Below, piece after piece: positions 23,794 through 36,797 of a DNA stretch of 64,000 nt (positions within the stretch are counted from its first letter, which is position 1; each line of letters starts with the position of its first letter). The stretch spans positions 186,001 through 250,000 of the forward strand of contig NIVC01000130.1 of NCBI GenBank assembly GCA_002269645.1, in the 5' to 3' direction. Below the pieces are notes generated by a model, which was given only the letters and a program-made list of their open reading frames with translations, made no database searches and was not told the origin of the DNA. The DNA is from Macrostomum lignano. Its lineage: Eukaryota. Both the position numbers and the translations under genes were made by a program.

Positions 23794-25351
23794 ATGGGAA
23801 TCGCAGCTCGCATGCTTCTAATATCCCTGCCGCTAGTTCTGTTGGCCGTCACTTCAACGGTTGCCATGGCAACTCAGCCAGGAGAAAACGACGCGGACTT
23901 TGGTTGGACTGTCCCCCACCGGCTGGCCAGGCGCCGTCAATTCTCGGTGGCGCCGCCAAAATTTGAATCGGCTGAGCAATTCGAAGCGTACATGGACCGG
24001 CTGGAGACTTACCTGAAACTGCTGGGCAGGCAGAGGTGAGGCCGCCTAATTATCTAATCTGCTGCTTAACTATCTAACCTAGCGCCTAATTATCTAATAT
24101 GCTGCTCAACTATCTAACCTGGCGCCTAATTATCTAATCTGCTGCTTAACTATCTAACCTGGCGCCCAATTATCTAATCTGCTGCTTAACTATCTAACCT
24201 GGCGCCTAATTATCTAATCTGCTGCTTAACTATATAACCTGGCGCCTAATTATCTAATCTGCTGCTTAACTATATAACCTGGCGCCTAATTATCTAATCT
24301 GCTGCTTAACTATCTAACCTGGCGCCTAATTATCTAATCTGCTGCTTAACTATATAACCTGGCGCCTAATTATCTAATCTGCTGCTTAACTATCTAACCT
24401 GGCGCCTAATTATCAAATCTACCGCCTAATTATCTAATAAGCGGCCTAATTATCTAATATGCGGTCTAATCATCTAATCTGCTGCCTAATTATCTAACCT
24501 GCTGCCTACTAATCTAATCTGCTGCCTAATAATCTAATCTGCTGCCTAATAATCTAAGCTGCTGTCTAATTATCTAATCTTTTGCCTAATTGTCTTATCT
24601 AATTATCTAATCAGGTGGCTAATTATTTAAACTAGCGCTTAACCTGTTTATTTGGTGCCTATCTAATCCGGGGCCTAATCGTCTTAGCACTGTCGCCTAA
24701 TTATCTAATATGGCGTTTAACTATTTAATCGGGGGCCCTAAACATCTTATCTGGTTATTATTAGTTATCTATATTAAGAGATTAATTATCTAATCTAGCG
24801 CCTAACAAAAATACATCGCTAAAAAAAGCTACATGTATGAGATTTCGAATGTCAATGATAACGTGAAAGTGCGAAAATGACTATAGAAAAAGAGAGCCAG
24901 GTGGCAGACAGTTTAAGTGGCTTCCAAGTAGCACGAGAAGAATGAAGAAGAGAGTCGAGTGAAGCCAGCAACTGCTAGCTGTGAACACACGCCAGCGTTG
25001 TGAAAAAAAACATGCTGGGAGAGAAAGTCAGCTGTAGGTAAGGATCCTAATCATATTCATAGATAAAAAACAAAAGAATTTCTTGTACAACAGTTTGAGC
25101 TCAACCCGAGCGAAGAGGACTCGGGCCACGGCGTCCGCTGCAATCCTGCTATTGTTGCCAGATGCCTCCCACGCGCCCCTGCTCCTGCTAGGGAAAAAAT
25201 CGAGGTGAAAATTCCCCCCCCCCATGCAACCCAGCAACTGTCAGTCTTGAACTCTCAAACTGACAAAAAATGTTTCAAGCGATTTTTTTCTACGCGTGCC
25301 CATTGCAGGTTTGGCAAGCGACTGACGGGCCGACACTTTTATGGCAGCTGA
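23794..25351 (+). CDS. npf: Neuropeptide F / NPY-family precursor, 94 aa
   Basis: Exons 23794-24035 and 25309-25351. Hydrophobic signal peptide, RRR site, then ...APPKFESAEQFEAYMDRLETYLKLLGRQR|FGKR. Tyr at positions 10 and 17 from the amidated Phe, a GKR amidation/cleavage site, and the hallmark phase-2 intron inside the last Arg codon of RxRF. Confidence 0.93.
23860..23873. promoter_or_regulatory. Perfect palindromic RFX X-box (GTTGCCATGGCAAC) inside NPF exon 1
   Basis: Exact 14-bp match to the RFX consensus palindrome, 66 nt after the ATG. Function untested. Confidence 0.35.
24042..24620. repeat. Minisatellite, 40-bp unit (2x20) GCCTAATTATCTAATCTGCTGCTTAACTATCTAACCTGGC (NPF intron)
   Basis: Starts immediately after the donor site. 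Confidence 0.9.
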
Positions 25352-25584
25352 GAGCTGGGGAGGAGCCATGCAGCTGTGAATGCAGCTTCATCAAGCAGAA
25401 GGAATTCCTGTCTGCAGATTGAGCACGCCATCCCGAGGACTCTGCAATCCAACATTTGAAGCAACAATTTCAAAAACGCTTAACAATACAATGACAGATC
25501 TTTGAAATCTTTGCAAACCGAAAGGCCTGAAAATCTTCGGGTCGCGTCTTTGTGTTAATTCCGCTTGAAACTCTTTTGAAACTG

Positions 25585-27095
<1,511 letters not shown>

Positions 27096-27729
27096 GTGAG
27101 TATTAACAACATAGAATAGAAGAAGGCAAACTTCAAATTTAAAACAATAATCCGACACGAAGCTCATAAAACCCAGTCGTTTATTGAAATAGATAAAAAT
27201 ATGCATTAATTTAGCATTAATGTCTTTTGAGACAAGAAAGTGGTTTACGCATAATGTACATAAATAGTAAATTTTTTGCTCATAAGAAAAAAATTAAGCG
27301 GTTGAAGCTTGCAAAAAATGCTTTAAACAAAAATTAACAGATTTGACCGGTTTTGTATTTGTTATAATGCGCAAAATAGTATTAATTTAAATTTGCACGA
27401 CGCACAATAAGTAAAACAAAAATACGCGCATACTCATTGTTTCGATCAGAAAATAAGGCTCGCACAATGCGAACAAGTTAATAAATAGTTGGCCATAAAA
27501 ATATTTAGAATAAAAATGGAAAAATGTTACAAATAAATTTGACGAAAATATCAAACTACAGCGATAGTTTACAGCAAGAGCAGGATAAATAAAGATTTTA
27601 GATTTGAGCTTCTTGAAGGGTTGTAAATCAATTTAACATTTTTGCTATCAAAAGCCACACAGTATTATTTTTTTAATTAATGATTTGAAATAGAGTTGAT
27701 CTCATTTTTTCTCTTGGGGTATTGATAGC

Positions 27730-28410
27730 GGTGTGACACACGGAGATGGCAGTAACACGAGGATGTGAGTGACACGGGGATGAGAGTGGGATGGGAGTGA
27801 TACACGCGGATGGGAGTGACACGAGGATGAGAGTGACACACGGGGATGGGAGTGACACACGGAGGGATGGGAGTGACACACGGAGGGATGAGAGTGACAC
27901 ACGGAGGGATGAGAGTGACACACGGAAGGGATGGGAGTGACACACGAAGGGATGGGAGTTACACACGAAGGGATGGGAGTGACACACGGGGATGAGAGTG
28001 ACACACGGAGGGATGGGAGTGACACACAGAAGGGATGAGAGTGACACACGGAGGGATGAGAGTGACACACGGAAGGGATGGGAGTGACACACAGAAGGGA
28101 TGGGAGTGACACACGGAGGGATGAGAGTGACACACGGGGATGAGAGTGACACACGGAGGGATGGGAGTGACACACGGAGGGATGGGAGTGACACACGGAA
28201 GGGACGGGAGTGACACACAGAAGGGATGGGAGTTACACACGAAGGGATGGGAGTGACACACGGAGGGATGGGAGTGACACACGGAGGGATGGGAGTGACA
28301 CACGGAGGGATGGGAGTGACACACAGAAGGGATGGGAGTTACACACGAAGGGATGGGAGTGACACACGGAGGGATGGGAGTGACACACGGAGGGATGGGA
28401 GTGACATAAG
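27730..28410. repeat. Minisatellite, 21-bp unit GTGACACACGGAGGGATGGGA
   Basis: Tandem copies. Confidence 0.9.
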
Positions 28411-28690
28411 GAGTCAGGTAGCTGCAGAGTAATTAGTCATAATTGCTGATAGTGAAGTCACAAAACCGTCCAATGCGTGTAAAAGTACAGCAATAGTCAC
28501 CAGTATGAAAAGCAATAAATGAAGAGTACGCACAGTATGTACACCGAAGTGGAGAAATTGTATAAAAAACATCTGAAGCTGGTCTGAAGTAGGAGCGGCT
28601 TGGAAAAAAATATAAGGATCGATAATTTTTATTGAAAAAATATTGTGATAAATAAATAGTGCACACAACACTAATGTTATATAATGCAAA

Positions 28691-28696
28691 TTTATT
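28691..28696 (-). promoter_or_regulatory. Candidate polyadenylation signal (AATAAA) of the RAR gene
   Basis: TTTATT on + strand, about 265 nt past the RAR stop codon in an AT-rich tract. Confidence 0.3.
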
Positions 28697-28959
28697 CACA
28701 ATGTCCCTGAATACGAACCTTTGCTTTGTTGGCTATGTACAAGGATGCGATGTCGTAGGCTAACGAAAGGGAATTATGGTCAGTTTCCCGTAGCAACTGC
28801 GCATCCTATGATGCAGTGATGAAAAAAATCAAGCAAAAAATACGAGCTTAAGAAACTGTTAGACTCCAGCGTTTAATACTGCGTTTAATTATTAAACATT
28901 TAATATATCTGAACTCTGGGATATTATCAAAGCAATTCAAGGACTTCTAACCGATTGAA

Positions 28960-31900
28960 TCACGGATACGAGATGATGTCTTCGCGGTCCATGATCTCCG
29001 CCACCAGAGGGGGGACCTCGCCGCCTGCGTGCTGCATCTTCAGCTGCAGCACGTTGCCAGAACCTGCGGAGCGCGAGATAGAATGCAGGCAGAATAGATT
29101 GGGATGAGACTGGGGAGACTGGGGTGAGACTGGGGGTGAGACTGGGGATAAAACTGTAGATGAAACTGGGGATGAGACTGAGGTGAGACTGGGAGATGAG
29201 ACTGGAAGCGAGACTGAGGTGAGACTGGAAGTGAGACTGGGATGAGACTGGAAGTGAGACTGAGGTGAGACTGGAAGTGAGACTGGGATGAGACTGGAAG
29301 TGAGACTGAGGTGAGACTGGAAGTGAGACTGGGATGAGACTGGAAGTGAGACTGAGGTGAGACTGGAAGTGAGACTGGGATGAGACTGGAAGTGAGACTG
29401 GGATGAGACTGGAAGTGAGACTGGGATGAGACTGGAAGTGAGACTGGGATGAGACTGGAAGTGAGACTGGGATGAGACTGGAAGTGAGACTGGGATGAGA
29501 CTGGAAGTGAGACTGGGATGAGTCTGGAAGAGAGACTGGGATGAGACTGGAAGTGAGACTGAGGTGAGACTGGAAGTGAGACTGGGATGAGACTGGAAGT
29601 GAGACTGGGATGAGACTGGAAGTGAGACTGGGATGAGACTGGAAGTGAGACTGGGATGAGACTGGAAGTGAGACTGGGATAAGACTGGAAGTGAGACTGG
29701 GATGAGACTGGAGATGAGACTGAGGTGAGACTTGGGGATGAGACTGGAAGTGAGACTGGGATGAGACTGGAAGTGAGACTGGGATGAGACTGGAAGTGAG
29801 ACTGGGATGAGACTGGAAGTGAGACTGGGATGAGACTGGAAGTGAGACTGAGGTGAGACTGGAAGTGAGACTGGAAGTGAGACTGGAAGTGAGACTGGGA
29901 TGAGACGGAAGTGAGACTGGGATGAGACTGGAAGTGAGACTGGGATGAGACTGGAAGTGAGACTGAGGTGAGACTGGAAGTGAGACTGGGATGAGACTGG
30001 AAGTGAGACTGGGATGAGACGGAAGTGAGACTGGGATGAGACTGGAAGTGAGACTGAGGTGAGACTGGAAGTGAGACTGGAAGTGAGACTGGGATGAGAC
30101 TGGAAGTGAGACTGGGATGAGACTGGAAGTGAGACTGGGATGAGACTGGAAGTGAGACTGAGGTGAGACTGGAAGTGAGACTGGGATGAGACTGGAAGTG
30201 AGACTGGGATGAGACTGGAAGTGAGACTGAGGTGAAACTGGAAGTGAGACTGGGATGAGACTGGAAGTGAGACTGAGGTGAGACTGGAAGTGAGACTGGG
30301 ATGAGACTGGAAGTGAGACTGAGGTGAGACTGGAAGTGAGACTGGGATGAGACTGGAAGTGAGACTGAGGTGAGACTGGAAGTGAGACTGGGATGAGACT
30401 GGAGATGAGACTGAGGTGAGACTGGAAGTGAGACTGGGATGAGACTGGAAGTGAGACTGGGATGAGACTGGAAGTGAGACTGAGGTGAGACTGGAAGTGA
30501 GACTGGGATGAGACTGGAGATGAGACTGAGGTGAGACTGGGGGATGAGACTGAGGTGAGACTGGGATGAGACTGGAAGTGAGACTGGGATGAGACTGGAA
30601 GTGAGACTGAGGTGAGACTGGAAGTGAGACTGGGATGAGACTGGAAGTGAGACTGAGGTGAGACTGGAAGTGAGACTGGGATGAGACTGGAAGTGAGACT
30701 GAGGTGAGACTGGAAGTGAGACTGGGATGAGACTGGAAGTGAGACTGGGATGAGACTGGAAGTGAGACTGGGATGAGACTGGAAGTGAGACTGGGATGAG
30801 ACTGGAAGTGAGACTGGGATGAGACTGGAAGTGAGACTGAGGTGAGACTGGAAGTGAGACTGGGGTGAGACTGGAAGTGAGACTGGGATGAGACTGGAAG
30901 TGAGACTGGGATGAGACTGGAAGTGAGACTGAGGTGAGACTGGAAGTGAGACTGGGATGAGACTGGAAGTGAGACTGGGATGAGACTGGAAGTGAGACTG
31001 GGATGAGACTGGAAGTGAGACTGGGATGAGACTGGAAGTGAGACTGAGGTGAGACTGGAAGTGAGACTGGGATGAGACTGGAAGTGAGACTGGGATGAGA
31101 CTGGAAGTGAGACTGGGATGAGACTGGAAGTGAGACTGAGGTGAGACCCCAAGTGAGACTGGGATGAGACTGGAAGTGAGACTGAGGTGAGACTGGAAGT
31201 GAGACTGGGATGAGACTGAAAGTGAGACTGGGATGAGACTGGAAGTGAGACTGGGATAAGACTGGAAGTGAGACTGGGATGAGACTGGAGATGAGACTGA
31301 GGTGAGACTGGGGGGTGAGACTGGGGGATGAGACTGGAAGTGAGACTGGGATGAGACTGGAAGTGAGACTGGGATGAGACTAGAAGTGAGACTGAGGTGA
31401 GACTGGAAGTGAGACTGGGGTGAGACTGGAAGTGAGACTGGGGTGAGCGTGTGTATGAGTACGGTATTGGCACGCTTGCATGAGCACAGGCACAGTCAGT
31501 GGAATGGGCAGAGCTGCCGTCAGCGCTGCATGTTTGTGAGACGATGTTGCGCAATCAAACTGCATACCTTTGACTGACACCTCCCTGAGCTGCACAACAG
31601 TGGAGACGATCCTGGCCAATCGGACCCGATCGTTCGGATGGGCAGCTCTGAGGTAGCGCAGCAGCAAGCCGAGGATGTTCTGCTGGCACTGGGACACGCG
31701 ATCTGGGTCCTTCAGCTCCATGTGATCTGCAGTTTTGGTTTCAATTCAAGTCAATTCAGAGATCCCCCTGGTAGAATTCGGCTCGCATCATTATAATAGA
31801 AATGCATTTAAATGATTAATTTGCAAATCTGGAGACGGGGCATTAGGATGGGAGCATGGGAGAATAGTGAAAGCGGAAACTGGTGCAGAGAGTGTGACTG

Positions 31901-34900
31901 AGGACCATTGAGTAGGGATAGGAAGAGGAAAGGAAAATTGGGAGAAAATAGAATGAGTGGGGGGAGTGAGAGCTAAGAGTGTAGGGTCAGATGGGACAGT
32001 GAGAGGGGAGAGTGAGAGAGGAGAGTGAGAGGGGAGAGTGAGAGGGAGAATGAGAGAGTGAGAGGAGAGTGAGAGGAGAGTGAGAGGAGAGTGAGAGGAG
32101 AGTGAGAGGAGAGTGAGAGGAGAGTGAGAGGAGAGTGAGAGGAGAGTGAGAGGAGAGTGAGAGGAGAGTGAGAGGAGAGTGAGAGGAGAGTGAGAGGAGA
32201 GTGAGAGGGAGATTGAGAAGGGAGATTGAGATGGCAATAAGACGGAGAGTGAGAGGGAGAGTGAAAATGAGAGTGAGAGCTTGAAGTTTGGAGATTTAGA
32301 GAGGAGAGTGAGAAGGAGAGCGAGAGGGAGATTGAGAGGGCAGTAAGAGGGAGGGCAAGAGAGAGAGTGAGAGTGGGAAGACAGCGAGTTATGGAAGAAA
32401 GAACGGAACAGAATGAGACAAGAGCTACTCATAGTAGATGCAGGCAGCTGCGGGCACTGAAGCTGTGTCAGACGGTACAGAGCGCTGAGCTGGCCGGACT
32501 CACCGTCGGCAAAGATGGCCACGGCTGCCAGCAACGCCAGCTCCTCGCTGACAAGTCGGTGGCGCGCCAAGCTGCTGCCAATCTGGGCCAGATTGTGGAG
32601 AATATGCCGAAATCCCAGAGCCTCAAGCCCGGCGGAGCTTATGCTGGTTGACGAGAACTGGAATCGGTCAGTCTGGCTGTCGTAGCTGCTGGCCAGCTGC
32701 AGCACGAGGATTTCGTGCATCGCGCACTTCAATAGGGTGCTCTGATCTTCGGGCAGGAGGCTGCTGAATTCGGGCAGCGCTCGGGCGAATGAGATCACGC
32801 GCTGCACTGACGACACCTGGGGGAGTTGGCGATGAGGCTTGAGTCACTGGGATGCACTGATTGAGTCTGGCAGCAGTAGTTGAGTCATCAGTGACATTCT
32901 GACTGAGTCACTAGGGCACCAGTTGAGTCACTGATGGTCTAATTAAGTCGTTCATGGTCTAATTGAGTCATTATAGTGGTCTAATTGAGTCATTATAGTG
33001 GTCTAATTGAGTCATTATAGTGGTCTAATTGAGTCATTATAGTGGTCTAATTGAGTCATTAGTGGTTTAATTGAGTCATCGATGGTCTAATTGAGTAATT
33101 GATGGTCTAATTGAGTAATTAGTGGTTTAATTGAGTCATCGATGGTCTAATTGAGTAATTGATGGTCTAATTGAGTAATTAGTGGTTTAATTGAGTCATT
33201 ATAGTGGTCTAATTGAGTCATTATAGTGGTCTAATTGAGTCATTATAGTGGTCTAATTGAGTCATTATAGTGGTCTAATTGAGTCATTATAGTGGTCTAA
33301 TTGAGTCATTATAGTGGTCTAATTGAGTCATTATAGTGGTCTAATTGAGTCATTGATGGTCTAATTGAGCCATTGATGGTCTAATTGAGTCATTGATTGT
33401 CTAATTGAGTAATTAGTGGTCTAATTGAGTCACTGGTTGTCTAATCGAGTCCTTTGTGGTCTAATTAAGTCCATTATGATGTAATTGAGTCACTGACAGA
33501 CTATGAGGTCCCATCGGTACACAGACTCACATACGTATACTGGTTGAGCACTGATTTAGCAACTTGAGCACATATTTAGATAAACAAATACGGTGACATA
33601 TCCGTTCTGTTTACTTATAGTAGTATCCTACACATGCCACATTATTATTCAATAAACAGCCAGTATAATGCGACTGTGAACTCACCGACAGCAGGTCAGT
33701 GAGCTGCCAGACTCTATCCGCTCCCGCATCAGTTTCATTGTCTCCGCTTATCTGCGCCTCAAAATCTGCAACAGATTCTTCTTTGACGGAATTCTTGTCA
33801 ACTCGTCTGTCAATCAGCTCTGTGTAGGCTCGGCTCAGTGATTCCAACAGTTGAGTGTCTGACTCTGACAGCAACTGCTGCTGCTGCTGCTGGCAGGCTT
33901 GAGCTGTTCTCACTGTTCCCGATGATGTCGCATCGGTTCGAACAGCCTCCCTAGACATGCCGCCAGCGATGCACTTTCTCAGCCGGCAAGACTGACACCT
34001 GTTCCTGGTCTGTCTGGTCACCTCGCATTGATCGGATTTCTGACAGCTGTACACGAGACTCTTCTGAATGCTGCGACGGAAGAAGCCCTGTAAGAACGTT
34101 TGGTTGGAACGTTTTACGTGTACGATTATCAAAGTAAGTACATGTTCTTTGTAGGCTGCACTCCAGGGGCCTAGATCAACCCTGGTGTTACACTACAGGC
34201 CAAGATCAACCCTGGTGTTGCACTACAGGCCAAGATCAACCTATAAGCTACAGATCACATGTTACACTACAGGCCAAGACTAACCCTAAGCTACAGATCA
34301 CATGTTACACTACAGGCCAAGACTAACCCTAAGCTACAGATCACATGTTACACTACAGGCCAAGACTAACCCTAAGCTACAGATCACATGTTACACTACA
34401 GGCCAAGACTAACCCTAAGCTACAGATCACATGTTACACTACAGGCCAAGACTAACCCTAAGCTACAGGTCACATGTTAAACTACAGGCCAAGACTAACC
34501 CTAAGCTACAGGTCACGTATTACACTACAGGCCAAGACTAACACTAAGCTACAGATCACATTTTAAACTTCACAAATCTTAAAACTGGTGCCTCACCTTG
34601 CAGCCTTCGCACGAGCTGACACCGTAGTGATAACCGGAGCTCTTGTCGCCGCACACAACGCAAGGTTTGTACACTCGAGGCGGTGTCAAATCGTTATCAG
34701 CAGCAGCAGCAGTGGCTGCATCCTCATTGTTGTTATTATTGTTGGTGTTGTTGTTGTTGTTGGCATGGCTACCGACTTCCTCCTGTTCAACTTTTTGCCG
34801 GTTTTGTGACGGCTCCAACTTAACCAGTGTTATGGTGGCGGCTGCTTTAGTCTGCTGCTCCTGCTGTTGCTGAACAATGAGATCCGGGTCGCCTTCAGAC

Positions 34901-35100
34901 GACTCGGGCGACACAACAGCACCAACCGACACGGAAGTTTCAGCAGCCGCAGATGTCGCAGACCTCCATCTGTCCTCAGAATCTGTGGTGTCGGTTGCCG
35001 AACAGAAAATTTCTCGCTCTAAACTGCAGATCAGGTCCAGCGTTTCAGCGTGGTCCATTGGCAACGGAATACCGTTGCTAAGGACAACATGCGGATTCAT
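28960..35100 (-). CDS. RAR: Retinoic acid receptor-type nuclear receptor (NR1B), 5 coding exons, about 493 aa
   Basis: Exons 35100-34597, 34087-33686, 32816-32504, 31726-31568, 29063-28960 total 1482 nt with consistent phases. DBD: [29 protein letters not shown]|[15 protein letters not shown]...[28 protein letters not shown]: FARALPEF..L...[36 protein letters not shown]-2 [27 protein letters not shown] and LKM...PPL..E are RAR-specific signatures. Confidence 0.9.
29100..31445. repeat. Minisatellite, 23-bp unit (12+11) GAGACTGGAAGTGAGACTGGGAT (RAR intron 4)
   Basis: 2.3 kb array; source of the 864-aa ORF. Confidence 0.95.
31990..32375. repeat. GA-rich tract, (GAGAGGAGAGT)n (RAR intron 3)
   Basis: Direct reading. 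Confidence 0.85.
32840..33500. repeat. Minisatellite, 22-bp unit GGTCTAATTGAGTCATTATAGT (RAR intron 2)
   Basis: Tandem copies. Confidence 0.9.
34170..34562. repeat. Minisatellite, 43-bp unit TTACACTACAGGCCAAGACTAACCCTAAGCTACAGATCACATG (RAR intron 1)
   Basis: About 8 near-identical copies. Confidence 0.9.
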
Positions 35101-36267
35101 TATTCGAATGTCGCTAAGTATTCGACATCTAGCGGTTTTCTATATATATTACAAAGTTTATAAATCTGGTAAGTAAGCTGAGTCAGTCAGACTGAAATTC
35201 TCTCTCTTTCTCCGAAAACTGTCGCCTTCTCTGCTCTTACGAATTACGCGACTCGGACACTGGTGTGTGCTATAGGGGGAAGGGGTATATACAGGGCCAA
35301 GAGATGAAATTATATTGGTCGAGCCAACGGCGAACGAGGACCCCCGCCTATATACTCCTATACTCCTCCAAAGGGCCGCGTTTGAAATGAATGAATAAGC
35401 CGAATTGGAACGAGACAGACGGAGGGAGAGAGAAAGAGAGCAGAAGGCCGCCTAACGATTGCGTAATCAGGCCTTTCTATAGGCCATAGCCAGGAAAAGC
35501 CTTCTTCACAAAACCCCACCCCACAGCCCCCTAAATTTCTAAGCTCTATCACGTGATCCATCCCTGAACGCCCCCGAGCCCTCGTCTTTGCCCCGAAGCC
35601 TCAGGACAATCCACCGACGGGGGTGTATAGGGTGGGGTTATGGGGGGTTACACGGCGCTGGGGGTTCCACATTCACGCAAGCCACCCCAGCCGCCACCAC
35701 CCGCGGACCCTTAGACTGTGGCCCAGCCAGAACCCTATTATTACGCAAGACAGCTTTTACGCAACCGATTCGTCAGCGAATTGCATGGCTCTCTCTCCCC
35801 CGACTGGACTGGACCGAGCCCCGCCACCCCCCCATCCTAGTTAAGGCTTGGAAAACTCCACGAAGACAGGCAAACACAGACAGAGAAGACAGAGAGGCAC
35901 AGACTGGACTGTCTCTGTCTCATCTTGTCTGCATAGACCCCAGCCAATTCAAGGTATCAAGTGATGATTTATGGCACTGCATACTATACTATATACTACA
36001 TACTATACTTGTCATGGTTGGGGATAAAGAATGAGAGGAACTGAGGACAGGACAGGATAGGTCCTCGGGATGGTTTGGGAAAAACCTTAGCGGTCATGGC
36101 CTGAACGGCGCTGCCTGCCTGTCTGTCTATAGAAAAAGAAATTATTGAGTTAAAATGGCTTCCCTTTTGTAATATTTTTTAGTTTGCCAGCTATTAGCTA
36201 TTTCTATTGGAAAATTGCCGATTTCTATATATAGCTGGAAAATTTGCTTCTTTAGTGTTTTTAGCAA

Positions 36268-36797
36268 CAGGGGCGTCGACACCGGGGGGACAGAGGGGAC
36301 ATGTCCCCCCAGTAAAAGCTATAGGGGACATGCCCCCCTTAGTCCCCCTTCACCCACCTTCTTGTGACCCGTTGTGGAAATCAATAATTTTTCTACAGGG
36401 CGCCAAAATGAATGCCTGCGGCGCCAAATTGAGTCCGTGAGCGCTAAAATGAGTGCCTGTGGCGCTAAAATGAGTGCCTGTGGCGCTAAAATGAGTGCCT
36501 GTGGCGCTAAAATGAATGCCTGTGGCGCTAAAATGAGTGCCTGTGGCGCTAAAATGAATGCCTGTGGCGCTAAAATGAGTGCCTGTGGCGCTAAAATGAG
36601 TGCCTGTGGCGCTAAAATGAGTGCCTGTGGCGCTAAAATGAGTGCCTGTGGCGCTAAAATGAGCGCCTGCGGCGCCAAAATGAGCGCTGACAACACAGAT
36701 TCTCAAAGTAATAAGATGTAGGAATTATTTAATAATGTACATGTTGAATTCTTGGCTTTTGTTCCCCTGCCCACCATAAAACCAGGCGACGCCCCTG
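36268..36797. mobile_element. Non-autonomous hAT-like DNA transposon (MITE), 530 bp
   Basis: 11-bp perfect TIRs CAGGGGCGTCG (36268-36278) and CGACGCCCCTG (36787-36797). 8-bp flanks TTTAGCAA and CTTAGCAA (7/8 identical) fit a TSD. Internal 21-bp tandem array. No transposase. Confidence 0.8.
36400..36690. repeat. 21-bp array GCGCTAAAATGAGTGCCTGTG inside the hAT MITE
   Basis: About 13 copies. Confidence 0.9.

Noticed and set aside
28960-31554. 864-aa Ser/Gln/His-rich ORF
   Set aside because: Stop-free 23-bp minisatellite in RAR intron 4; only the last 104 nt are a real exon.
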